The translations under genes were made by a program, and so were the position numbers. The notes under the pieces are model-generated. The model had not been told where the DNA came from and searched no databases. It saw only the letters and a program-made list of their open reading frames with translations. From a virus (lineage: Duplodnaviria > Caudoviricetes): a stretch of DNA of 64,000 nucleotides. Shown here piece by piece: positions 39,427 to 47,300 of this stretch; within the stretch, counting starts at the first letter, position 1; each line of letters starts with the position of its first letter. Location of the stretch: positions 1 to 64,000 of the IMG/VR virus record IMGVR_UViG_2934734009_000001; one strand, 5' to 3'.

Positions 39427-39674
39427 CGCGGGGGCTCCTGGGTGGTGGTGTCGTTCTTGTTCCAGGCGTTCTCGTAGCGCTGCCACCGCTGCCCGTCGAC
39501 GTCCCACTGTTCGACGGTGATGCGGGTGACGCGGCTGCTGCCGTTGGCGACGCGCTGCTTCTCTTCGTCGATCGCTCGGTAGGTGGCGGGCTTGGATCGG
39601 TGGGTGGTGTAGACGGGTCCACCGGCGGTGATGAGGACGAGCCGCCAGGGCTTGGAGGGCTTGCGAGCGTTCAC
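39423..39674 (-). CDS. Hypothetical protein, paralog of 39730-39942
   Basis: RKPSKPWR...VEQW...W; GAGGAG RBS. Confidence 0.75.
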   Translation of the reverse strand: MNARKPSKPWRLVLITAGGPVYTTHRSKPATYRAIDEEKQRVANGSSRVTRITVEQWDVDGQRWQRYENAWNKNDTTTQEPPR

Positions 39675-39729
39675 GGGCGTTCTCCTCGGGTTGTGGGCTG
39701 CCGTGCCGTACACAGCAGCCCAGGGGCGG

Positions 39730-39942
39730 TCAGGGGATGTCGTCGGCGTTGACGGTCTCGAACCACCGCCACTGGCCGCTCTCCCAGTACTCGACGCGGG
39801 CCTGTTCGGCTGGGCTGTCACCGCCGAGCGTCGCACGCACCAGGGCGTAGGCCTTGGCCTCGCTGCCGTGGTCGGAGGTGGCACGGACGTCAGGCCCGGT
39901 GACGATGACTCGCCACGGCTTCCGGGGCTTCCTGGTGGCCAT
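39730..39942 (-). CDS. Hypothetical protein, paralog of 39423-39674
   Basis: RKPRKPWR...VEYW..GQW; AGGAG RBS. Confidence 0.75.
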   Translation of the reverse strand: MATRKPRKPWRVIVTGPDVRATSDHGSEAKAYALVRATLGGDSPAEQARVEYWESGQWRWFETVNADDIP

Positions 39943-39946
39943 CGGT

Positions 39947-40246
39947 CTACTCCTGGGCGAGGTTGGCGAGGCGCGAGAGCATGCTGGCCTGGTCGCCGCT
40001 GCTGGTGACCCATGCCCCGCCCGGCGCGTAAGCGGTCGTCCGGGTCGGAAGGAACGCCTCCTGGTGACCCTCCGGCGTGATCAGGAGCGAGCCCCGCAAC
40101 TGGTCGTCGGCCGGGGCTTCTCCGGCGTACAGGCAGAGTCGGAGAAGCCCGGCGTTGTCGGTGCCGAGGGCGAGGACGTGCCCGTCGGGGGTGGTGTCGT
40201 CGGTACCGGTCCACCGAATGTCCAGGTCGGCAAGGCGGATGCTCAT
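39947..40246 (-). CDS. Hypothetical protein
   Basis: GAGGAG RBS; typical codons. Confidence 0.75.
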   Translation of the reverse strand: MSIRLADLDIRWTGTDDTTPDGHVLALGTDNAGLLRLCLYAGEAPADDQLRGSLLITPEGHQEAFLPTRTTAYAPGGAWVTSSGDQASMLSRLANLAQE

Positions 40247-40250
40247 CGGT

Positions 40251-40352
40251 CTACTCCTCGTTGTCTTCCTGCTCGCTGCGCCAGGTGTCGCAGTTCTGGC
40301 AGTGCTCGTCGTCCTGCTGGTTCTCGGTGCCGCAGTTCTCGCAGGTCCACAT
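40251..40352 (-). CDS. 33-aa stand-alone RanBP2/NZF-type zinc-finger microprotein
   Basis: MWTCENCGTENQQDDEHCQNCDTWRSEQEDNEE matches W-x-C-x2-C-x3-N-x6-C-x2-C; GAGGA RBS; absent from the ORF track. Confidence 0.75.
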   Translation of the reverse strand: MWTCENCGTENQQDDEHCQNCDTWRSEQEDNEE

Positions 40353-40354
40353 GG

Positions 40355-40468
40355 TCAGTCCTCGTTGTTGTCGTATCGAGCGTCCCAGTACCGGTCGTCA
40401 GACTGGGCGACTTCGCGTGCGGTGTCCTCCCACGGCGGCAACGGGGCCGGGGCAGGCGGCGGGGTCAC
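40355..40468 (-). CDS. 37-aa microprotein (VTPPPAPAPLPPWEDTAREVAQSDDRYWDARYDNNED)
   Basis: GTGA overlap upstream; fills the operon gap exactly. Confidence 0.55.
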   Translation of the reverse strand: MTPPPAPAPLPPWEDTAREVAQSDDRYWDARYDNNED

Positions 40469-40920
40469 GGGGTGCCGCCGTGTTCACGGGCGGTGTGGCG
40501 GTACAGCTCTTCCTCGGCGGACCCGTCGTCGACGTGCCACACCGTGGTGCGCCACCCGCACGTGCTGCACTTGCGGGACACTTCGGCGCTGGTCGCGGTG
40601 ACGGACCGGAGGTACAGGCCCCCGCCGCCACCACCGAACGGGCTGCTCTCGGAGGTGTAGCCGTGGCAGTCGTCGGCCTCGCACGCATACGGGTCGAAGA
40701 CCGGGGCGAATGGCTTCGGGTAGTCGTCCTGCGGGCAGCGGCACACGGCCTTTCGGGCTGCGCGCCGGGCTTTCATGCGGGCGAGGCGTTGGGCGTTGGT
40801 GGGCTGCTCCCACTGGTGGCCGCCCTTCCCGCGCAGGTACTGCCAGCCGTGCGGCTTGTCGTAGCCGCACCACCGGCAACCATCCGGGTTCGGGGCGGTC
40901 TGATGGCGGATGGCATTCAA
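40465..40920 (-). CDS. Cys-rich hypothetical protein
   Basis: PDGCRWCG..H....H-W--PT-AQRLARMKARR; CSTCG. Confidence 0.7.
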   Translation of the reverse strand: MNAIRHQTAPNPDGCRWCGYDKPHGWQYLRGKGGHQWEQPTNAQRLARMKARRAARKAVCRCPQDDYPKPFAPVFDPYACEADDCHGYTSESSPFGGGGGGLYLRSVTATSAEVSRKCSTCGWRTTVWHVDDGSAEEELYRHTAREHGGTP

Positions 40921-41366
40921 GGGCGAGCGTCCTTCGGGGCGTTGCGGCGGGCGGTCTCAATTGCGACGCGGGCGTCGTGCCGCGCCCTGCCGGTGAGGCC
41001 GGGAGGGAGGCCCGTCGGGCGGGCGCCGGACGGGGCATCGGCGTTCAACTTGAGTGCGTCGAGGAGCAGGTCGGTGTCGACGGTGGAGTTGCACTTGTCG
41101 TCGGCTTCCTCGGCCAGGCGCTCCACGGCGGCAAGGCGGGACTCGGCGGTGTCGCGGTGCCGGCGGAGGACGTTCATGGCACGGGCGTTCTCCGCCAGCT
41201 CGGCGGTCACGTCGGACAGCTCCCCACGGAGTCGGTCGACCTCGGCCAGCAGGTCACCAAGGGCTTCGCGTCGCGCCACGGCGGTGCGATCCGTCAGACG
41301 GTGCAGCTCCTTGTGGCAAATCCGGATCATGCGCTCGCGCTCAGGGGTCATGGGGGTGTCGGTCAT
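40917..41366 (-). CDS. Coiled-coil hypothetical protein
   Basis: LLAEVDRLR motif; GAAGGA RBS. Confidence 0.75.
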   Translation of the reverse strand: MTDTPMTPERERMIRICHKELHRLTDRTAVARREALGDLLAEVDRLRGELSDVTAELAENARAMNVLRRHRDTAESRLAAVERLAEEADDKCNSTVDTDLLLDALKLNADAPSGARPTGLPPGLTGRARHDARVAIETARRNAPKDARP

Positions 41367-41581
41367 CGGGGTCCTTCCGGAGACAGGGCGGGGATCAGCT
41401 CGTTGGCGGTGTAGCTGGCGGGCAGTTGATCCGGGTCGCCGTCGAGGAGCACCCCGTACTGGTCCCCGTAGATCCCGGTGACCGTTCCCTGGGTTCCGGC
41501 GGGCGCGGACCATGCGCCTTCCCATGCGGCGGGGGCGTCAACGGTCGTCTGTACCCGTTGGCCGATCTCGTAGTTCGTCAT
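41363..41581 (-). CDS. Small SH3-like hypothetical protein
   Basis: IGQRV...GT-GTV..YGV-LD...EL. Confidence 0.75.
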   Translation of the reverse strand: MTNYEIGQRVQTTVDAPAAWEGAWSAPAGTQGTVTGIYGDQYGVLLDGDPDQLPASYTANELIPALSPEGPR

Positions 41582-41590
41582 TGGGGTCTC

Positions 41591-41929
41591 CTAGGCGGCA
41601 AGGGCGAGCTTGGCGGCAACAAGGCGGTAAGCGGGCTTGCGTGCCTTGTAGTTGGCGGCGATGAGGGCGACCTGGGTACAGGTGTAGCGGAGGCAGTTCC
41701 GCATGTGACGCCCGGCGTGGGCACGACCGGCGGTGCCGAGGATGCCGAGCTTCGCGGCGACCTTACGGAGGGTTCCGGCGACGGAGGTGGCGTCGCGGTG
41801 GGACAGCCCCTGGGCCATGGCGTGCGCGGCGAGGGTGCCGGTGCCGCGCCGGCGGATGCGTGCGGCGGCCCGGTTGGCGAGCTGGCGGGCCTTGAGTGTG
41901 GCGCGGCGGGTGCGGTTGCTGGCGATCAC
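41591..41929 (-). CDS. Basic hypothetical protein, first gene of the operon
   Basis: GAGGGG RBS; downstream of a TTGACG promoter. Confidence 0.7.
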   Translation of the reverse strand: MIASNRTRRATLKARQLANRAAARIRRRGTGTLAAHAMAQGLSHRDATSVAGTLRKVAAKLGILGTAGRAHAGRHMRNCLRYTCTQVALIAANYKARKPAYRLVAAKLALAA

Positions 41930-41974
41930 GGGTCCCCCTCGGGTGGTGCTGTGCGGCTTGGCGATGACTCCATA

Positions 41975-42080
41975 GTTGCATCACGAGGATGCAACGTCAA
42001 GCGGTATTCTGGAGTGACAACATAGGGATGCATCGCTAGGGTGCCTATCGGGGATGCGACAAGACGTGGCATCATCAGAT
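41975..42080. promoter_or_regulatory. Operator array / divergent promoter
   Basis: Perfect GTTGCATC-N5-GATGCAAC (41975-41995) next to minus-strand TTGACG; further GATGC/GCATC half sites up to 42082. Confidence 0.7.
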
Positions 42081-42082
42081 GC

Positions 42083-42370
42083 ATGACCGCGACCGAGAAG
42101 AAGCAGCAGGCAGCACGCGACAAGCTCACCGAGCTCGGAGCCGCCTACAACGCGGCCGAGGAACAACTCGACGCCGCCCGCACCGCCCTCAACGAGGGCA
42201 TCGTCGAAGTCCTCAAGGCCCGCACCCTAGGCCCCTCCGAGGTCACCCGACTCGTCCCCTACGAGCGGCAGCACGTCGGCCGCATCTCCAAGGCAGCCGG
42301 CATCCCGCCGCTGCGAGAACGAACCGTCGTCAGCGCCAAGAAGGCAGTTGGAGGAGATACCTCCGGCTGA
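42083..42370 (+). CDS. Small HTH-type regulator
   Basis: Coiled coil then GPSEVTRLVPYERQHVGRI helix-turn-helix. Confidence 0.75.
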   Translation: MTATEKKQQAARDKLTELGAAYNAAEEQLDAARTALNEGIVEVLKARTLGPSEVTRLVPYERQHVGRISKAAGIPPLRERTVVSAKKAVGGDTSG

Positions 42371-42380
42371 GGAGGAATCC

Positions 42381-42914
42381 ATGGCAAAGAACCCCGGGCG
42401 GACCGCCCTGTACCGCCTCTACGACTCCGGAGACGTGTTGCTGTACGTCGGAATCGCGGCAGATCCCAGAGAGCGCTGGACCCAGCACGCGATTGACAAG
42501 CCCTGGTGGTCGGAAGTTACTAGGCGCGATGTCGAGTGGGTGCCGAGTCGATTCGACGCCGAGACCGCCGAGCGCGAGGCCATCGCAAGCGAGAAGCCGC
42601 GCTACAACACTCAGCACGCAATCGCCGAGCTATCCAGCGAGGAGGCTGCTGTGCTTTTCGCTGAGTACAAGGCGGCCTACGAAGCGGAGCGACGGCTGAA
42701 GGAGCCCATGCGGAAGGCGGCGTTGCGAGAGCTTGAGCAGGGCACAACCCTCAAGGCGCTAGCTCATGCCACGGGCCTCACGCAGGAGACCTTCCGCCGC
42801 ATCCGCGACGCCAACGACATCCCCGTCGACCCCCGCTACCAGAGCCGCGCCGAACTCGCACGAGCCCGCAAGGAAGCCCTCAAGTCCACCAACCAGCCCG
42901 GGAGTCCCTCATGA
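42381..42914 (+). CDS. GIY-YIG domain protein with C-terminal HTH
   Basis: ALYRLYD..LLYVGIA.DP..RW.QH...WW, AE..AI..E.P.YN; LAHATGLT-ETFR. Confidence 0.85.
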   Translation: MAKNPGRTALYRLYDSGDVLLYVGIAADPRERWTQHAIDKPWWSEVTRRDVEWVPSRFDAETAEREAIASEKPRYNTQHAIAELSSEEAAVLFAEYKAAYEAERRLKEPMRKAALRELEQGTTLKALAHATGLTQETFRRIRDANDIPVDPRYQSRAELARARKEALKSTNQPGSPS

Positions 42915-43204
42915 CCGACGCCTTGGTGACCTTCCTCCGGGCCCGGTTCACCGAGGAGCTGGAGAAGGCCCGCTTCGCGAGCGGCACGGTGACCCAGGAC
43001 CCCGAACGGTTCGGTGTCGCCCCCAAGGACGCCGCGAAGCACGCCCGGTTCACCATCGCCAACGCCGAGGTGCGCATCGCGCTCCTGGAGGACACCATCG
43101 TTCCGCACCTGGGCGCGGAGGGAGCGGCCGGCCGGACTGCCGAGTACCAGCTGCGACTCCTCGCCGCACCGTATGTCGAGCACAACGACTACCCGCACGA
43201 CTAG
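42911..43204 (+). CDS. Hypothetical protein (DUF6221-like ends)
   Basis: LV-FLRAR--E...LRLLA-PY--H-DY. Confidence 0.7.
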   Translation: MTDALVTFLRARFTEELEKARFASGTVTQDPERFGVAPKDAAKHARFTIANAEVRIALLEDTIVPHLGAEGAAGRTAEYQLRLLAAPYVEHNDYPHD

Positions 43205-43245
43205 CCGCCGGCCCGCACAGAGGCGCCCTTACCGCCCACGACAAA

Positions 43246-43272
43246 GCCCCCGCACCGCGCTGGTGCGGGGGC
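43246..43272. terminator. Terminator between convergent genes
   Basis: GCCCCCGCACC...GGTGCGGGGGC preceded by AAA. Confidence 0.65.
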
Positions 43273-43284
43273 GCTGCTCACTGC

Positions 43285-43488
43285 TCAGTGGCGCCGACGG
43301 CCACTCTCGAAGCCTGTCGGCATGGCGCGTACTGATTCTGACGGCTCGTCCGGCGGGATCTCGTTGACGCGACCGTAGACCCTGTACTGGCGCTGCCGTT
43401 CGGCTTCCTGCTCATTGGCGAGCTGAGCTTTCGCGATGCGCTCGCGCACCCACCAGCCCTTTGGCTTCTTCGGCTTCTTCTTCGCCAC
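43285..43488 (-). CDS. Small basic hypothetical protein
   Basis: GGAGG RBS; ends V-AMPTGFESGRRRH. Confidence 0.65.
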   Translation of the reverse strand: MAKKKPKKPKGWWVRERIAKAQLANEQEAERQRQYRVYGRVNEIPPDEPSESVRAMPTGFESGRRRH

Positions 43489-43604
43489 GTCGCCCCCTCC
43501 CCCGAGTTGGACGTTGAGCGTAATCCTGGCTTCGGGCTGACGGCCAGGGTTCGTTGTGCCTGTTCGCACACCACCACCCCTGCTTCCCCGGCAGAATGCA
43601 CGTC

Positions 43605-43787
43605 ATGGCGAGGTTCACGGTCCACGGCCGCACCCAGGACGAGTGCCAGCAGGCGCTGGACGACCTGCGCCGGCTGCTGGACGTCGAGGTGACCCTGCCG
43701 CCCACAGACCGGCTCGGTGGGTCGTGGATCGCCCGCGCAACGCGCAAGGCCCCGGACCAGACGGTCCGGGGCTTTGCTGTGCGGTGA
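43605..43787 (+). CDS. Small hypothetical protein
   Basis: MARFTVHGRTQDECQQALD...WIARA. Confidence 0.65.
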   Translation: MARFTVHGRTQDECQQALDDLRRLLDVEVTLPPTDRLGGSWIARATRKAPDQTVRGFAVR

Positions 43788-43801
43788 GCTAGCTCCACTG
43801 G

Positions 43802-44089
43802 TCAGGCACCATCGCTCTCGGCTTCGGAGCGAGGCCGGCGAAGCATGACCATCAGGAACGCTGCGGCCAGCAGCGCTGCCCCCGCCCCGGCACCCAGTGC
43901 GCCAGCTAGCTCCACGGTGGTCCACAGGTCGCTCTCCGCGCGTCGGCAAGTCGGTTCGCACTCCCATGACATGGCCCCGTCGCTCTGCGAACTGGCAATG
44001 CCAGCCAGGCCGGCCGCGAGGAGCAGAATGCCGGACCAGGCCATCGTGCGTGCGGCGAGCAGGTACCGGCGCGAGTGAGTGTCGACCAT
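43802..44089 (-). CDS. Small 2-TM membrane protein
   Basis: Two hydrophobic segments. Confidence 0.55.
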   Translation of the reverse strand: MVDTHSRRYLLAARTMAWSGILLLAAGLAGIASSQSDGAMSWECEPTCRRAESDLWTTVELAGALGAGAGAALLAAAFLMVMLRRPRSEAESDGA

Positions 44090-44160
44090 GCGACCACGGT
44101 CCCAGCCGCCCATCAGGCAGGCAACAGGGCGGGGATGGGTGCACCGGAGATTAGCGTCTG

Positions 44161-44649
44161 TCAGTCGCGCGGGTGCTGGTTCCGGTTGTTGGCAATGACG
44201 CCGCGGGTGGTGCTGATGACGGTGCGCTCGTCGTGGTGGACGGTGCCGTGGAAGTGGTTGGTGACCGGCTGCGCGGCCTGGTTGGCATCCTTGACCTTCG
44301 CGACCAGCCGGGCCACGGCCAGGGCGACCGCGGCAGGCGAGCCGAGGACGATGCCGAGGGTCAGCGGGTCGACCTGCCCGACGATCCACACTGCGACCCC
44401 GATCGGTAGCGACACAACACTGACGGCCTTGAGGACCCCGCTGACGTCGATCGCCCACTGCGACATCGGCGGCGGCCCCGGCTGCGCCACAGGCAGTGCC
44501 GAACCGACCGCGGGGAGCGGGGTGTCGTCGCGGTACGAGGTGGACTGGCCGGCGAGCAGGGCCTCGTCGACGGCGGCGAGGAAGCGGGCGGCGTTCTGCT
44601 GGATGGTGGGGTCGGGCTGCCCGGCGACGGGCTGCTCGGGCAGCTGCAT
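44161..44649 (-). CDS. 2-TM membrane protein, SpdD-like position in the transfer module
   Basis: YRDD-P-P-VG..PV-QPG-PPMSQ-A, two TMs, HFHG-V-H motif; GAGGAG RBS. Confidence 0.7.
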   Translation of the reverse strand: MQLPEQPVAGQPDPTIQQNAARFLAAVDEALLAGQSTSYRDDTPLPAVGSALPVAQPGPPPMSQWAIDVSGVLKAVSVVSLPIGVAVWIVGQVDPLTLGIVLGSPAAVALAVARLVAKVKDANQAAQPVTNHFHGTVHHDERTVISTTRGVIANNRNQHPRD

Positions 44650-44659
44650 GACGGTCTCC

Positions 44660-44860
44660 TCAGTGGTTGCGGTTGCGGCGGCGGGTGGTGCGGAACCCGA
44701 ACGGGCCGGGGAGGTCCATGGACGTGGTGCGCTGGCCGGTCGAGCTGATGGTGTGCCGGGGGCCGCGGCCGGCTCCGAGGGTGATGGACCAGGACAGCCG
44801 GTTGATGTTGAGCCGGACCCCGGGGAAGATCCAAAAGCTCTTGCGGAACGTGATCGGCAT
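44660..44860 (-). CDS. DUF4236-like small basic protein
   Basis: FRKSF-IFPGVRLNIN..SWS.T.G...S-DLPG; AGGAG RBS. Confidence 0.8.
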   Translation of the reverse strand: MPITFRKSFWIFPGVRLNINRLSWSITLGAGRGPRHTISSTGQRTTSMDLPGPFGFRTTRRRNRNH

Positions 44861-44890
44861 GCGGGCTCCTAGCTGGTTGAGGTGGCGCCG

Positions 44891-45076
44891 GACCCTGCCT
44901 GGACCGTGTCCGGCAGTTGCGTTTCCGCAGGTGGCGACCCTGCCCGGACCCTGTCTGGGCGGATTGGATGCCGTTCCAGGCCGGGGCGACCCTGCCCGTG
45001 CGGGGCAGGGTCCGGGCAGGGTGTCCGGTGAGCTGACCTGCGGTGATGCGGGGCCGGGCAGGGTCGGGGCAGGGTG
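44891..45076. repeat. clt-like array of 8-bp (G/C)ACCCTG(C/T) repeats
   Basis: Forward copies at 44891, 44936, 44947, 44988; reverse copies at 45005, 45016, 45058, 45069; immediately downstream of the TraB-like gene. Confidence 0.75.
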
Positions 45077-45086
45077 CAAAAGTGAT

Positions 45087-47300
45087 CTATAGGGCGGCGT
45101 GGAGGGCGGCGAGCTTGAATCCACGCCCCTCCCCGCCGTCCGCCGTCGACACCTTCACGGCCTTCAACTCGACCTCGTCGGCCTCCAGGTCGGCAGACAG
45201 AAGCTTCCCGGCCCGCGACCCGTACTGGGCGTCGCTCTCCGCGTCGCCCCGCTCGTATCGCTCGTCGACCGTGGCCATGTACGCGAAGACCTCTCCGCGG
45301 GTCGCTTCGCCGCGGCCGGTGGCGGTGACGGCCTTGACGATGTGGTCGAGGATCGTCGGCTCCGCCTCGGCCTGGACCGCGGTGCCCTTTCCGGTGGGCC
45401 CGCCGGCGACCATGCTGATGCCGGTGTCGGCCCTGAGCTGGTCCTCGATCGGGTCCGGGCAGTGCTGGGGCAGGCGGCCTATGGCCTGGCGGAGCGCCAT
45501 GCCCGCCTTGGCGGCCTTGCGGAGGTCCCCGTTCTCGACGTCGACAAACAGGGAGCGGGCTTCGATGAATCCGGTGTCGGGAGTGGTGAGCCAGCCGCGA
45601 CCCCGGGTCGACTTGCTGTTCTTGATGTCGCTGGCGTCGTACCCGTCGCCCGCAACACCGTCACCGAGGATGGTGTTGGACGCTGTTGCGGACTCGACGC
45701 GCATCGACCACCGGCCAGCACAGTTGCCGCGGAGCCGGGACGGAATGACGTCGACCTTGGGGTGCTGGGTGGCGAGGACGAGGATGATCCCGACCGCGGC
45801 GCCGACAGCCGCGATCTGGGCGAGGAGCTCGACGCTTTCTTCGGCGTACTGGCCGTTGAGACCGCCCTTGACGGTGTACGTGGCGAGCTCGTCGACGATG
45901 ACGAGTTCGATGCCGCCGAGCTCCTCCAGGAGCTCCTCGGTGGCCTTGGAGACACCGAGGTCGACGAGGATCTCGGTGCGTCGTTCCAGTTCGGCGACGA
46001 GGACCTTGAGGAAGTCGCGGAGCCGTTCGGGGTTGCGGCGGACGAACGTGTCGAGGGCGGGGGCGATGCCGACGTACTCGCCGGTGCCCTTGCCGTCGAA
46101 GAGGCGGACACGGATGCGGGGGTCGAGCATGGCGCCGACGAGGAGGTTCGCGACGGCCATGCCCTTCCCGGAGCGGGTGGTGCCACCGACGAGCAGCGAG
46201 TAGTCGGAGATGGTGGCGAGGATGATGCTGCCGCGCTTGTCGAAACCGAGCGGGAGGCCATCACGCCAGGCGTTGACCTTGTCTGTGGTGCCGATGAGGG
46301 GGTTGGGGACGGCCCTGCCGAACGGGTCGGTCATGGACACCCACAGGCTCAGGTGGTCTTCGCGGCCTTCGTGGCGGATGTCCATCTGGTGCTTCGGGAT
46401 ACCGAGCGCGGAGGCCAGGGATCCGGTCTTCTTCTGTACGTCGGCGACTTCGACGCCGCCGGTGACCTCCAGGTGAGCAAGCCAGGCTCGCCCGTCCTGG
46501 ATAACTGGGGAACGGAACACAACGGCCTGGTCGGCCTTGATGATCCCGGCGTCACGGAACGCCCGGTCGATCATGTCGTCGGTCATCCGGTCGCCGTTGC
46601 CGATCTTCGCGTCCCGGTCGGTGTACACCTCTCCGCCCATGGTGCGCCGGCCGATCAGGGCGAGCGCGAGGAGAGCGGATCCGGTGGCGATGACACCGCC
46701 GGTGCCGCCAATGAGGTAGATGCCAGCCCCTTCCGGTACAGCGATGGCTGCGGCGGCGAGCGCACTGCGGGCTCCGCGCCGGACCCGGGCGTCCTTGCGG
46801 GCGGACTTGTACTTGGTCATGGCGGTAACGGAGCCGGCGAACGCTTTCTCCATGACGACGCGCCGCTTGTTCTTTTCAGGTCCGGGGATGAGCCGCTTGT
46901 CGTGCCCCCACTTCGCGGTTTTGTAGTCGGCCTGGGCCTGCTGGACTTCGCGGCGGGCGGTGGCGACCTGGACGCCTTCGGTGCCCTGGATCCAGAGGAA
47001 CGTGCGCCGCATGCCCCGGAACAGCTGGGCGCCGTGTCCGTGTTCGCCACCCTGTCGGCGGACCCACCGGCGGAACGCCCGGGTGGAGTTGACCTTGCCG
47101 ACCGCAGCACGGGTGCGCCACCCGGCGGAGGTGCGTACCCACTCCGGGGTGAGGGGGGTGTCGCCGAGAAGGTCGGGCCGGTTGACGGGGGTGTCGGCGG
47201 TCTTCTGGAGGAGCGGGCTGTCGGCCTTGTCGGCGAAGCCGGCGATGAGCTTGTCCCACTCCGGGTCTGGGGTGCTGGCGGGGGTGGTCTCGATGCTCAC
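45087..47300 (-). CDS. traB: FtsK/SpoIIIE-family conjugative DNA translocase (TraB-like)
   Basis: Two TMs; GGTTRSGKG Walker A; FDGKG; LVIVDELA Walker B; LATQ-P; C-terminal wHTH-sized domain; GAGGAG RBS before GTG. Confidence 0.88.
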   Translation of the reverse strand: MSIETTPASTPDPEWDKLIAGFADKADSPLLQKTADTPVNRPDLLGDTPLTPEWVRTSAGWRTRAAVGKVNSTRAFRRWVRRQGGEHGHGAQLFRGMRRTFLWIQGTEGVQVATARREVQQAQADYKTAKWGHDKRLIPGPEKNKRRVVMEKAFAGSVTAMTKYKSARKDARVRRGARSALAAAAIAVPEGAGIYLIGGTGGVIATGSALLALALIGRRTMGGEVYTDRDAKIGNGDRMTDDMIDRAFRDAGIIKADQAVVFRSPVIQDGRAWLAHLEVTGGVEVADVQKKTGSLASALGIPKHQMDIRHEGREDHLSLWVSMTDPFGRAVPNPLIGTTDKVNAWRDGLPLGFDKRGSIILATISDYSLLVGGTTRSGKGMAVANLLVGAMLDPRIRVRLFDGKGTGEYVGIAPALDTFVRRNPERLRDFLKVLVAELERRTEILVDLGVSKATEELLEELGGIELVIVDELATYTVKGGLNGQYAEESVELLAQIAAVGAAVGIILVLATQHPKVDVIPSRLRGNCAGRWSMRVESATASNTILGDGVAGDGYDASDIKNSKSTRGRGWLTTPDTGFIEARSLFVDVENGDLRKAAKAGMALRQAIGRLPQHCPDPIEDQLRADTGISMVAGGPTGKGTAVQAEAEPTILDHIVKAVTATGRGEATRGEVFAYMATVDERYERGDAESDAQYGSRAGKLLSADLEADEVELKAVKVSTADGGEGRGFKLAALHAAL

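Noticed and set aside
45087-47300. Chromosomal FtsK or type VII secretion EccC
   Set aside because: Single ATPase domain, flanked by Spd-like genes and an 8-mer array, with no WXG100 or ecc genes
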